Below are positions 35,572-44,143 of a stretch of DNA of 64,000 nucleotides, piece by piece. Below the pieces are notes generated by a model, which was not told where the DNA came from, ran no database searches, and saw nothing but the letters and a program-made list of their open reading frames with translations. The stretch spans positions 4,412-68,411 of the forward strand of contig CAZYWZ010000023.1 in assembly GCA_964651705.1 (NCBI GenBank), in the 5' to 3' direction. Both the position numbers and the translations under genes were made by a program. How positions within the stretch are numbered: position 1 is the stretch's first letter; every line of letters begins with the position of its first letter. This DNA is from an uncultured Verrucomicrobiales bacterium. Lineage in GTDB: Bacteria > Verrucomicrobiota > Verrucomicrobiia > JADLBR01.

Positions 35572-36975
35572 ATGAGCCCAGCCCTCCAAGCCGCATTGCT
35601 TCTCCTCTGCCTGCCCGAGGCGCACGCCGCGCAGCAACCAAACTTCCTGCTGATCATCGCCGACGATTGCACCTATCGCGACCTGGGCACCTACGGCGGC
35701 CAGGCGAAGACCCCGCACCTCGACCGGCTGGCAACCGAGGGCATGACATTCACCCGCTGCTTCCAGGCCGCACCGATGTGCTCCCCCACGCGCCATTGCC
35801 TCTATACCGGACTCTACCCGGTCAAGTCCGGCGCCTATCCCAACCACACGATGGCCCACGACTGGGTCAGGAGCATCGCCCATTACCTCCAGGCCGCCGG
35901 CTACCGCACCCACCTCTCCGGGAAGACCCACATCAAACCCGAGTCCGTCTTCCCATTCGAGTATTCCGTCCGCGCGGGCGACGGCAATCCCGACCCCGAC
36001 GCCCTCGCGACGGCCCTGCGCAGCAGCACCGCATCAAACGCCCCTTTCCTCTTCATCGCCGCCTCCCACGAACCACACACCCCCTGGGATAAAGGCGATC
36101 CTTCGGCCTATCCCCCGGCCACCTTGAAACTCCCCCCGGTGCTCGTCGATTCCCCCGACACCCGAGAGGGATTCTCCCGCTACCTCGCCGAGATCACCTA
36201 CTTCGACGCCCAGGTCGGAGAAATCCTCGCCCTCCTCGATAAATACGGCGCCCGTGACACCACCTTCGTCATCGTCTTGAGCGAGCAGGGCAACTCTTTC
36301 CCCTTCGCCAAGTGGACGTGTTACGACGCGGGCCTCCAAAGCGCGTGCGTCGTCCGATGGCCCGACAGGGTTAAACCCGCCTCGACCAGCGACGCGCTGG
36401 TGGAGTATGCCGACGTCGTCCCCACCTTCCTCGAGGCCGCCGGCATCCCCCGGCCCGACATCCTCGACGGCCGCAGTTTCCTCCCCGTGCTGACCGGCGC
36501 CGCCACGGCACACAAGGGCCATGTCTTCGGCCTGCAGACCACCCGCGGCATCAACAACGGCTCCGATCACTACGGCATCCGCAGCGTCCGCGACGCACGC
36601 TACCGCTATATATGGAATCTCACGCCCGAGGTCACCTTCGAAAACGCCGCCACCAACGACCCCACCTTCAAGACCTGGAAACAGATGGCCGCCGCCGGCG
36701 ACGCGCACGCCGCGCGCCTCGTCCACGACTACCAGCATCGGCCCGCCGAGGAACTCTACGATGCCGAGGCCGACCCGTGGAACCGCACCAACCTAATCGC
36801 CAATGCGAAATTCGCCCCCGCCCGCGACGCCCTCCGCGGCAGCCTCGACGCCTGGATGAAACAGCAGGGCGACGAGGGCCAGCCCACCGAAATGAAGGCG
36901 CTCGAGCGCATGCCCCGCGGCGAGAAACGCCAGGCAAAGTCAAAAAAGAAGAAAGACCGGAAAGCCAAACCATGA
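35572..36975 (+). CDS. Sulfatase (Cys-type) with a Lys-rich C-terminal tail
   Basis: Signal peptide MSPALQAALLLLCLPEAHA. NFLLIIADDC. Motif APMCSPTRHCLYTG. Tail GEKRQAKSKKKKDRKAKP. Confidence 0.85.
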   Translation: MSPALQAALLLLCLPEAHAAQQPNFLLIIADDCTYRDLGTYGGQAKTPHLDRLATEGMTFTRCFQAAPMCSPTRHCLYTGLYPVKSGAYPNHTMAHDWVRSIAHYLQAAGYRTHLSGKTHIKPESVFPFEYSVRAGDGNPDPDALATALRSSTASNAPFLFIAASHEPHTPWDKGDPSAYPPATLKLPPVLVDSPDTREGFSRYLAEITYFDAQVGEILALLDKYGARDTTFVIVLSEQGNSFPFAKWTCYDAGLQSACVVRWPDRVKPASTSDALVEYADVVPTFLEAAGIPRPDILDGRSFLPVLTGAATAHKGHVFGLQTTRGINNGSDHYGIRSVRDARYRYIWNLTPEVTFENAATNDPTFKTWKQMAAAGDAHAARLVHDYQHRPAEELYDAEADPWNRTNLIANAKFAPARDALRGSLDAWMKQQGDEGQPTEMKALERMPRGEKRQAKSKKKKDRKAKP

Positions 36976-38426
36976 GCCGCCACCTCGCCATCGTATGCCT
37001 ATCCCTCCTGGCCTCCCACTGGACCTCGCCCGCGGCTCCCCCACCGAATATCGTCGTGGTCTTCATCGATGACATGGGATGGGGCGACTTCTCTTGCTTC
37101 GGGAACAGGGACGCCAGCACACCGAACGTCGACCGCCTCGCCTCCCAGGGCATTCGCTTCTCGCAGTTCTACGTGAACTCGCCGATCTGCTCCGCCTCGC
37201 GCTGCGCCCTGACGACCGGCCAGTACCCTCAGCGCTGGCGCATCACCTCCTTCCTGAACAACCGCGCCGACAACGAGCGCCGCGGCATGGCGCAGTGGCT
37301 GGATCCGGCCGCCCCGACGCTCGCCCGATTCCTGAAGGCGGCCGGCTACGCCACCGGCCATTTCGGCAAATGGCATCTCGGCGGCCAGCGCGATGTCGAT
37401 GACGCCCCGCCGATCACGGCCTACGGTTTCGACGCTTCCCTCACCAACTTCGAGGGCATGGGGCCAAAGCTCCTCCCTCTCACCCTTAAGCCCGGCGACA
37501 GAGAACCCGGCCGCATCTGGGCCGACGCCGAACGCCTCGGCAAACCCGTCGCCTGGATGCTCCGCTCGAAGGTCACCACAGGCTTCATCGACGCGGCGCT
37601 CGAATTCGTCGCCACCGCGCAGCGCGCCAAGAAGCCCTTCTACATCAATCTCTGGCCCGACGATGTCCATAGCCCATTCTGGCCGCCGGTGGACCGATGG
37701 GCGGACGACAAGCGAGGGTTGTATCTCGCCGTGCTCGAGGAGATGGATCGCCAGCTTGGCAAGCTCTTTGACCACATTCGCGACGACGCATCCCTGCGCG
37801 ACAACACCCTCATCCTCGTCTGCTCCGATAACGGCCCCGAACCCGGCGCCGGTAGCGCAGGAAGCCTCCGCGGCGCCAAGACCACCCTATTCGAGGGCGG
37901 CATCCGGTCCCCCCTCGTCGCCTGGGGCCCCGGGATCATAGCGCCCGAACGCGCCGGCGCGCACGATGCGACTTCCGTCTTTGCCGCGTTCGATCTCGTG
38001 CCTTCCCTGCTCACCATCGCGGGCGCAAAACGCCCCGCAGGCGTCGCCTTCGACGGCGAGGACATCTCCGCCACCCTGCTCGGCAAGGCCACCACCTCGC
38101 GACAGGCTCCCATCCACTGGCGCCGCCCCCCAGACCGAAAATCCTGGCGTCCGATGATTGCCGACACACTTCCCGACCTAGCCGTTCGCGACGGCTCATG
38201 GAAACTCCTCTGCGATTACGATGGCTCCCGCCCCCTGCTCTACGATCTCGATAAGGACCCCGAGGAATCCCTAAACTTGGCGGCGAGCCATCAGGACATC
38301 GTCGCCCGCCTCACCGCGGCCGCTTTAGCCTGGCACCAGTCGATGCCCGCGGACAATGGCCCCGCGCTCGGAGTGGGGCCCCCGCCACAACCCGGAAAGC
38401 AAAAGAAGAAAATGTCCAAGAAATGA
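36972..38426 (+). CDS. Sulfatase (Cys-type; motif variant C-S-A-S-R) with a Lys-rich C-terminal tail
   Basis: Signal peptide MSRHLAIVCLSLLASHWTSPA. NIVVVFIDDMGWGD. Motif SPICSASRCALTTG. Tail PQPGKQKKKMSKK. In frame with track ORF 36612..38426. Confidence 0.85.
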   Translation: MSRHLAIVCLSLLASHWTSPAAPPPNIVVVFIDDMGWGDFSCFGNRDASTPNVDRLASQGIRFSQFYVNSPICSASRCALTTGQYPQRWRITSFLNNRADNERRGMAQWLDPAAPTLARFLKAAGYATGHFGKWHLGGQRDVDDAPPITAYGFDASLTNFEGMGPKLLPLTLKPGDREPGRIWADAERLGKPVAWMLRSKVTTGFIDAALEFVATAQRAKKPFYINLWPDDVHSPFWPPVDRWADDKRGLYLAVLEEMDRQLGKLFDHIRDDASLRDNTLILVCSDNGPEPGAGSAGSLRGAKTTLFEGGIRSPLVAWGPGIIAPERAGAHDATSVFAAFDLVPSLLTIAGAKRPAGVAFDGEDISATLLGKATTSRQAPIHWRRPPDRKSWRPMIADTLPDLAVRDGSWKLLCDYDGSRPLLYDLDKDPEESLNLAASHQDIVARLTAAALAWHQSMPADNGPALGVGPPPQPGKQKKKMSKK

Positions 38427-40303
38427 GAAAGGGTATTGCCGCCTGCATCCTATTCGGCCCCCTCGCGCTGCCGGCGAGCGCCGCCGATCGTCCCAACATC
38501 CTTTGGCTGACCGCCGAGGACCTGAGCCCGCACCTCGGTTGCTATGGCGATGCGGACGCGACGACGCCCCGCCTCGATGCCTTCGCGCGCCAGTCCTTGA
38601 GATTCGACCGCGCCTTCGCCACGGCGCCCGTCTGTTCCCCTGCCCGGTCGTGCCTCATCACGGGCATGTTCGCCACCTCGCTCGGCACCCAGCGCCTCCG
38701 GTCGAAATTCCCGGTCCCCGGGGAGGTCATCCCCTTCCCGGCCCTCCTGCGACAGGCGGGGTGGTACTGCTCGAACAACGTCAAGACCGACTATAACGTG
38801 CGGGACGAGGCCGCCTTCATCCGCGCCGCATGGGACGACTGCTCCTCCAAGGCCCACTGGCGCCCCCGGCGCAAAGACCAACCCTTTTTCTCGGTGTTCA
38901 ATTTCATGACCACCCACCAGAGCCGCACCAGCGTGTGGCCACACGAGGAATTCGAACGGGAGATCCGCTCCAAACTCGACCCCGCCGAGCGCCATGACCC
39001 GGCCCGCGTCACACTCCCCCCCTATTACCCCGATACCGCCGAGGCACGCCGCGCCTGGGCCCGCTACCACGATTGCATCACCCTCATGGACAGGCAGGCC
39101 GGCGAGATCTTGGACCAGCTCGAGGCGGATGGCCTCGCCGAAGACACCATCGTATTCTTCTTCGGAGACCACGGCATGGGCATGCCACGCGGCAAGCGAT
39201 GCCTCCACGATTCCGGCATGCGCGTGCCACTCCTCGTGCGCATCCCAAAGCAATGGGCGCATCTCGCGCCATCGCCGCCCGGCTCCACCACGGATCGCCT
39301 CGTGAGCTTTGTCGACTTCGCGCCCACCGTCCTGAGCCTTTTCGGGATCCCTGCCCCGGCACATCTCCAGGGAAGTGCCTTCCTCGGCACGCATGCCGCC
39401 GCGCCGCGCGAGTTCATCCATGGCGCCCGCGACCGCGTTGACGAGGCCTTCGACGTCTCCCGGAGCGTCCGCGACGCACGATGGCTCTACATCCGCAACT
39501 TCATGCCACACCTCCCCTGGATGCAGCCGGAATCTTTCTCGGATGGCTCCACGTTCCGGAGGGAACTCAAGCGCCTCGCCGCGGATGATGCGCTTCCACC
39601 CGCCGCCCGGCCCTATGCCACCGCGCCGCGGCCACTCGAGGAACTCTACGACACCGCGGCGGACCCCCACCAGATCCATAACCTCGCCTCCGATGCCGCG
39701 CACATCGATCGATGCGAGCGCATGCGCGCCGAACTCCGCCGCTGGCAACTCGAGACCCGCGATGCCGGCTTTTTCACCGAACCCGACCTCTGGTCCACCC
39801 TGAAGCCCGGCGAGACGCCTCGCGCCACCACTGCCGATCCCGCGCGCTACCCGCTGGAACGGCTCCTCGATGTCGCCGGCGAGGTCGGTCGCCAGGACGC
39901 CGCGCCAAAGCAGCGCGGATGGCTGCACGATCCCGATCCCTCCGTCCGCTACTGGGCCGCCGTCGGACTCCACGCCAATGCCTCTCCCAAAGAGGCAGAC
40001 CGAGCCGCCCTCCGCCAAACCCTCGCCGATGCCTCGCCCGCCGCGCGCATCGAGGCCGCCGCCGCACTGGCACGCCATGGCGACGCCGCGCCCGCCATGC
40101 CGGTCCTCGCAGCCGCCCTCCACCACGAAACCCGCGAGGTCGTGCTCCACGCCGCCCGCGCCCTCGAACTCCTCGGGCCCATCGCCAAACCCCTCCATCC
40201 GGAAATGCGCGACGCGCTCGCCATCGCCAGCGAGGCCGAAAAGACCGGTGACGATATCGCCATGTTCGTCCGATTCAGCCTGGAGGCCGCACTGAATCCA
40301 TGA
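38423..40303 (+). CDS. Sulfatase (Cys-type) fused to a C-terminal HEAT-repeat domain
   Basis: Signal peptide. NILWLTAEDLSPHLG. Motif APVCSPARSCLITG. C-terminal DPDPSVRYWAAVGLHA...SPAARIEAAAALARHGD...ETREVVLHAARALELLG (HEAT / PBS-lyase-like repeats). Confidence 0.85.
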   Translation: MRKGIAACILFGPLALPASAADRPNILWLTAEDLSPHLGCYGDADATTPRLDAFARQSLRFDRAFATAPVCSPARSCLITGMFATSLGTQRLRSKFPVPGEVIPFPALLRQAGWYCSNNVKTDYNVRDEAAFIRAAWDDCSSKAHWRPRRKDQPFFSVFNFMTTHQSRTSVWPHEEFEREIRSKLDPAERHDPARVTLPPYYPDTAEARRAWARYHDCITLMDRQAGEILDQLEADGLAEDTIVFFFGDHGMGMPRGKRCLHDSGMRVPLLVRIPKQWAHLAPSPPGSTTDRLVSFVDFAPTVLSLFGIPAPAHLQGSAFLGTHAAAPREFIHGARDRVDEAFDVSRSVRDARWLYIRNFMPHLPWMQPESFSDGSTFRRELKRLAADDALPPAARPYATAPRPLEELYDTAADPHQIHNLASDAAHIDRCERMRAELRRWQLETRDAGFFTEPDLWSTLKPGETPRATTADPARYPLERLLDVAGEVGRQDAAPKQRGWLHDPDPSVRYWAAVGLHANASPKEADRAALRQTLADASPAARIEAAAALARHGDAAPAMPVLAAALHHETREVVLHAARALELLGPIAKPLHPEMRDALAIASEAEKTGDDIAMFVRFSLEAALNP

Positions 40304-42195
40304 GCCTTGATCGCCCCATGAACCTCACCTCGCATGCCAACCACCGGATCCGCGCGGGTGCGCGGCATCTCATCCTCCCACTGCTGCTGGCGTCCCGGAT
40401 CGCGTCGGCGGACGAACGTCCCAATATCCTCTGGATCACCAGCGAGGACAACAGCCCCTACCTTGGATGCTATGGCGATCCGCTCGCGCAGACGCCGAAC
40501 CTCGACCGCCTCGCCCGCGAGGGCCTCCGCTATCGCAACGCATTCGCCAACGCGCCCGTCTGCTCCAGCGCGCGCACCACCCTCATCACCGGCATGTACG
40601 CCTGTTCCCTCGGCGCCCACAACCACCGCAGCAAGGTCGCCATCCCCGATGGATTTCCGCTCTACCCCCAGGTCTTGCGCGCGTCCGGCTACTACTGCTC
40701 GAATAATTCCAAGACCGACTACAACCTTTCCGACAGGCGCGACGTCTGGGACGAGAGCAGCAAAAAGGCCCACTACAAGAATCGCGCGCCGGGACAGCCG
40801 TTTTTCGCCGTATTCAACTTCACCACCAGCCACGAGAGCCAGGTGGCGCCGAAGCCGGGCAAGACCGCGTTTCGCGTCCCGCCGGAAAAAGTCCCGCTCC
40901 CGCCGTATCACCCCGACACGCCGGAGATCCGGCGCGATTGGGCCAACTACTATGACCAGATGACCCTGTTGGATGCCCAGGTCGGCGAAGTCTTGGACGA
41001 GCTCGCCGGCGCCGGTCTCGACGACGACACCATCGTATTCTACTACGGCGATCACGGCGGCGCCCTGCCCCGCGGAAAACGCAACATCCACGACTCGGGC
41101 ACCCGCGTCCCCCTGATCATCCGCATCCCCAAGAAGTGGTCCCACCTCTCCCCCGCCGCTCCAGGCGAATGGGCCGATGACCTCGTCAGTTTCGTCGACT
41201 TCCCCGCGACCGTCCTCAGCCTCTGCGGGGTGCCCGTCCCGCCGAATTACGAGGGCCGCGCCTTCCTCGGAGCCGCCAAGGCCCCTCCCCGGACACGCGT
41301 CTTCCTGTTCCGGGGCCGCATGGACGAGCGCTACGATATGGTCAGGGCCATACGGGACAAAGACGCCCGATACGTGCGCAACTATTCGCCCCATCGGCCC
41401 TGGGGCCAGCACTACAGCTATCCCTTCGAGGTGCTCCCCAGCATGCGGTCCTGGTCGGAGACCTTCACCGCGGGGAAATGCAACGAGACGCAGGCGCGAT
41501 ATTGGCGACCCAAGCCCGGAGAGGAATTCTATCAGATCGCCGCGGACCCGTTCGAGATCCGCAATCTGGCCCATGACCCCGGATGCGCCGCCCGGATCGA
41601 GACACTCCGCGCCGCCCTGCGCGACGAGATCCTCAAGACGCGCGACGTCGGATTCATCCCCGAGGGAATGTTCCCGCGACTGGCCGGCGACAAGACCATC
41701 TACGACTATGCCCGGGGCGACGCCTATCCCATCCGCAAGATCCTCGACCTCGCCGACCGCGCCAGCGACAGCGATCCCAGGCACCTCAAGGACTTCATCG
41801 CCGCCCTCGATGACCCCCATCCGGTCGTCCGCTATTGGGCCGCGACCGGATGCCTCGTGCTCAAGGCCGATGCCGCGCCCGCGAAAGACAAACTCCGGGC
41901 CGGGCTCTCCGACGAGTGGGCCGACGTCCGCGTCGCCGCCGCCGAATCTATCGCCTACCTCGGCGAACCAAAGTCCGCCCTCGATGCCATCGCCGCGGTG
42001 CTTCGCGAGGGCAACCTCCACGAGGCGCTCGCCGCCCAGAATGCCCTCGACTTCATGTGGCAGGCAGGCCACGTGACCCTCGCCGACGCGCGGGCCCTCG
42101 TCAGGGACATGGACCTCCCCGAACCCGGGAACCGCATCCCGCGATACCTCCTGAATACCTCAGAATCCACGAAGCCATGCGACCCATTCCCCTAA
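40300..42195 (+). CDS. Sulfatase-family protein (motif variant C-S-S-A-R) fused to a C-terminal HEAT-repeat domain; tandem paralog of the previous gene
   Basis: NILWITSEDNSPYLG. Motif APVCSSARTTLITG (Ser replaces Pro at +2). C-terminal DPHPVVRYWAATGCLV...DVRVAAAESIAYLGEPKSALDAIAAVL HEAT-like repeats. Confidence 0.8.
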   Translation: MSLDRPMNLTSHANHRIRAGARHLILPLLLASRIASADERPNILWITSEDNSPYLGCYGDPLAQTPNLDRLAREGLRYRNAFANAPVCSSARTTLITGMYACSLGAHNHRSKVAIPDGFPLYPQVLRASGYYCSNNSKTDYNLSDRRDVWDESSKKAHYKNRAPGQPFFAVFNFTTSHESQVAPKPGKTAFRVPPEKVPLPPYHPDTPEIRRDWANYYDQMTLLDAQVGEVLDELAGAGLDDDTIVFYYGDHGGALPRGKRNIHDSGTRVPLIIRIPKKWSHLSPAAPGEWADDLVSFVDFPATVLSLCGVPVPPNYEGRAFLGAAKAPPRTRVFLFRGRMDERYDMVRAIRDKDARYVRNYSPHRPWGQHYSYPFEVLPSMRSWSETFTAGKCNETQARYWRPKPGEEFYQIAADPFEIRNLAHDPGCAARIETLRAALRDEILKTRDVGFIPEGMFPRLAGDKTIYDYARGDAYPIRKILDLADRASDSDPRHLKDFIAALDDPHPVVRYWAATGCLVLKADAAPAKDKLRAGLSDEWADVRVAAAESIAYLGEPKSALDAIAAVLREGNLHEALAAQNALDFMWQAGHVTLADARALVRDMDLPEPGNRIPRYLLNTSESTKPCDPFP

Positions 42196-43541
42196 CCGCC
42201 TGTCTGCTGGCGGTCGCCGTCACCCACGTCGTCGCCGATGCGCCAAAACCCAACGTCATCGTCATACTGTCCGATGACCAGGGCTCCGTAGACCTCGGCT
42301 GCTATGGCGCAAAGGACCTGCACACCCCGAACACCGACGCCCTCGCGGCCCGCGGCATCCGCTTCACCCAATTCTATTCCGCGGCGCCCGTGTGCTCCCC
42401 CTCGCGCGCCGGCCTGCTCACCGGACGCTGGCCCGTCCGCGCCGGCGTGCCCAACAATTGCGCCTCGCAGCAGGGGGGCAAAGGCGCGCTGCCTCCCGAA
42501 GAGATCACGATGGCGGAGGTCTTCAAGGCCGCAGGATACGCCACCGCCCACATCGGGAAGTGGCACGTCGGCTATACGCCCGAGACCTCGCCGCTATCCC
42601 AGGGTTTCGATCAGAGCTTTGGCCACATGGGTGGTTGCATCGACAACTATTCGCACTTCTTCTACTGGAGCGGCCCCAATATCCACGACCTCTGGCGCAA
42701 CGGCGCGGAGGTCTTCCGCGATGGGGCCTACTTCCCCGATCTCATGGTCGCGGAGGCCGCACGCTTCATCGCCGAGAATCGGCACCGTCCCTTCTTTATC
42801 TACTACGCGATAAACACACCCCACTATCCCTATCAGGGCGACAAGAAATGGCTCGATCACTTCAAGCATCTCCCGCACCCGCGCAACCTCTACGCCGCCT
42901 TCCTTGCCGCGCAGGATGAGCGCCTCGGCGCCCTCTTCGCGAAGGTCGAAGCACTCGGGCTGGCGGAGCGCACCATCATCGTCTTCCAGAGCGACAACGG
43001 GCATTCCACGGAGGAACGCGCGCATTTCGGCGGCGGGAGCGCGGGCCCCTACCGCGGCGCGAAGTTCAGCCTCTTCGAGGGTGGGATACGCCTCCCCGCC
43101 ATTATCTCTTGGCCCGGCACCCTGCCCCAAAACGAGGTCCGCGATCACGTGGCGCACGCCTGCGACTGGTTGCCCACCCTCGCGGCACTCGCCGGGGTCC
43201 AGCCGCCCGACACGCGCCTCGACGGCCGCAACCTCGTCCCCATCCTCCGCGACCCCAAGGCGCCCGGCCCGCACACCGCGCACGCGCTCCACTGGCAAGT
43301 AGGAGACGGCCCAAATGCCGACTGGGCCGTGCGCGACGGCGAATGGAAACTGCTCGGCAATGCCCGCGATACCGGCGGCGGCATCGCCTGGGGACCCGGC
43401 GCAACCAAGAAGGGCGGCGACCGCATACCCCTCTTCCTCGCCAATATCACGGACGACCCCGCCGAAACAACCAATCTCGCCGACCGCCACCCCGACATCG
43501 TCGCCCGCCTCAGGCAATTGCACGAAGACCACCTCCGCTGA
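42177..43541 (+). CDS. Sulfatase (Cys-type)
   Basis: Signal peptide MRPIPLTACLLAVAVTHVVADA. NVIVILSDDQGSVD. Motif APVCSPSRAGLLTG. In frame with track ORF 41835..43541. Start overlaps the previous gene. Confidence 0.85.
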   Translation: MRPIPLTACLLAVAVTHVVADAPKPNVIVILSDDQGSVDLGCYGAKDLHTPNTDALAARGIRFTQFYSAAPVCSPSRAGLLTGRWPVRAGVPNNCASQQGGKGALPPEEITMAEVFKAAGYATAHIGKWHVGYTPETSPLSQGFDQSFGHMGGCIDNYSHFFYWSGPNIHDLWRNGAEVFRDGAYFPDLMVAEAARFIAENRHRPFFIYYAINTPHYPYQGDKKWLDHFKHLPHPRNLYAAFLAAQDERLGALFAKVEALGLAERTIIVFQSDNGHSTEERAHFGGGSAGPYRGAKFSLFEGGIRLPAIISWPGTLPQNEVRDHVAHACDWLPTLAALAGVQPPDTRLDGRNLVPILRDPKAPGPHTAHALHWQVGDGPNADWAVRDGEWKLLGNARDTGGGIAWGPGATKKGGDRIPLFLANITDDPAETTNLADRHPDIVARLRQLHEDHLR

Positions 43542-43542
43542 T

Positions 43543-43692
43543 TGCCCCGCGCTGCAACTCTTCGACCTCGATGCCGACCCCGGCGAATCGAGACCCGCCC
43601 GCGACGCCCAAGTCATCCGAAAACTCCGCGGGATGGCCGTCATGTTCCAGGAGGAGATGACCGCGCCACCCGCGCGCGCCGGCGGATCCTAA
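43543..43692 (+). pseudogene. Relic of a sulfatase C-terminus (no start codon, about 49 codons)
   Basis: Immediately after the stop of the preceding sulfatase, frame +1 reads LQLFDLDADPGESRPARDAQVIRKLRGMAVMFQEE. The LFDLDADPGE block is identical to the C-terminal region of the sulfatase at 25705..27231 (ELFDLDADPGEN). Confidence 0.4.
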
Positions 43693-43722
43693 AATCCCGC
43701 GCCCCACCCTTTATGGGAATGC

Positions 43723-44126
43723 CGTGACCTCGCCGGCAAGATCTACTGGTTCCCAGGCCAGAGGCACGCTGGATCGCCGCGAGACATCACCACGCAATCC
43801 GACCCGATCATCGCAGAACTTTGCCATGAGCTTCGCACCCGTCATGGCGGCCAGACGGCCATCCTGTATGGGTCGTGAGCCGGTGGTGACGCAGAACCGG
43901 ACAGCGACTCTGACATCGCGGATTTCGGCCCCGTTTCGACCTGAGGTTCCTTTGCTTCCTCGGCCCCAAGCAAAGCCTCGAATGGCTCCGGGAGCACGAC
44001 AAGGGCGCCCATGCCGCCTTCGAAAAGGCCCTTCGGCAGGGAGTCGGCCTGGACGCGATCCGCCAACCTGTGGAAGCAGTGGTGGGCGCTGAGAGCCAAT
44101 CGGGCGGGTTCTGGGAACAGCAGTAG
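43723..44126 (+). pseudogene. Disrupted nucleotidyltransferase (MNT/Pol-beta-superfamily, antitoxin-like) gene: in-frame TGA plus one frameshift, no start codon
   Basis: Frame 1 reads ...DPIIAELCHELRTRHGGQTAILYGS*AGGDAEPDSDSDIADFGP. This fits the nucleotidyltransferase motif (LFGS-x-ARG...SDxD[IL]) if the TGA at 43876-43878 was CGA (Arg). A second stop at 43942-43944 is followed by an open frame 0 to TAG at 44124-44126. Confidence 0.4.
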
Positions 44127-44143
44127 TCGGCTCAGGTCCGGCC

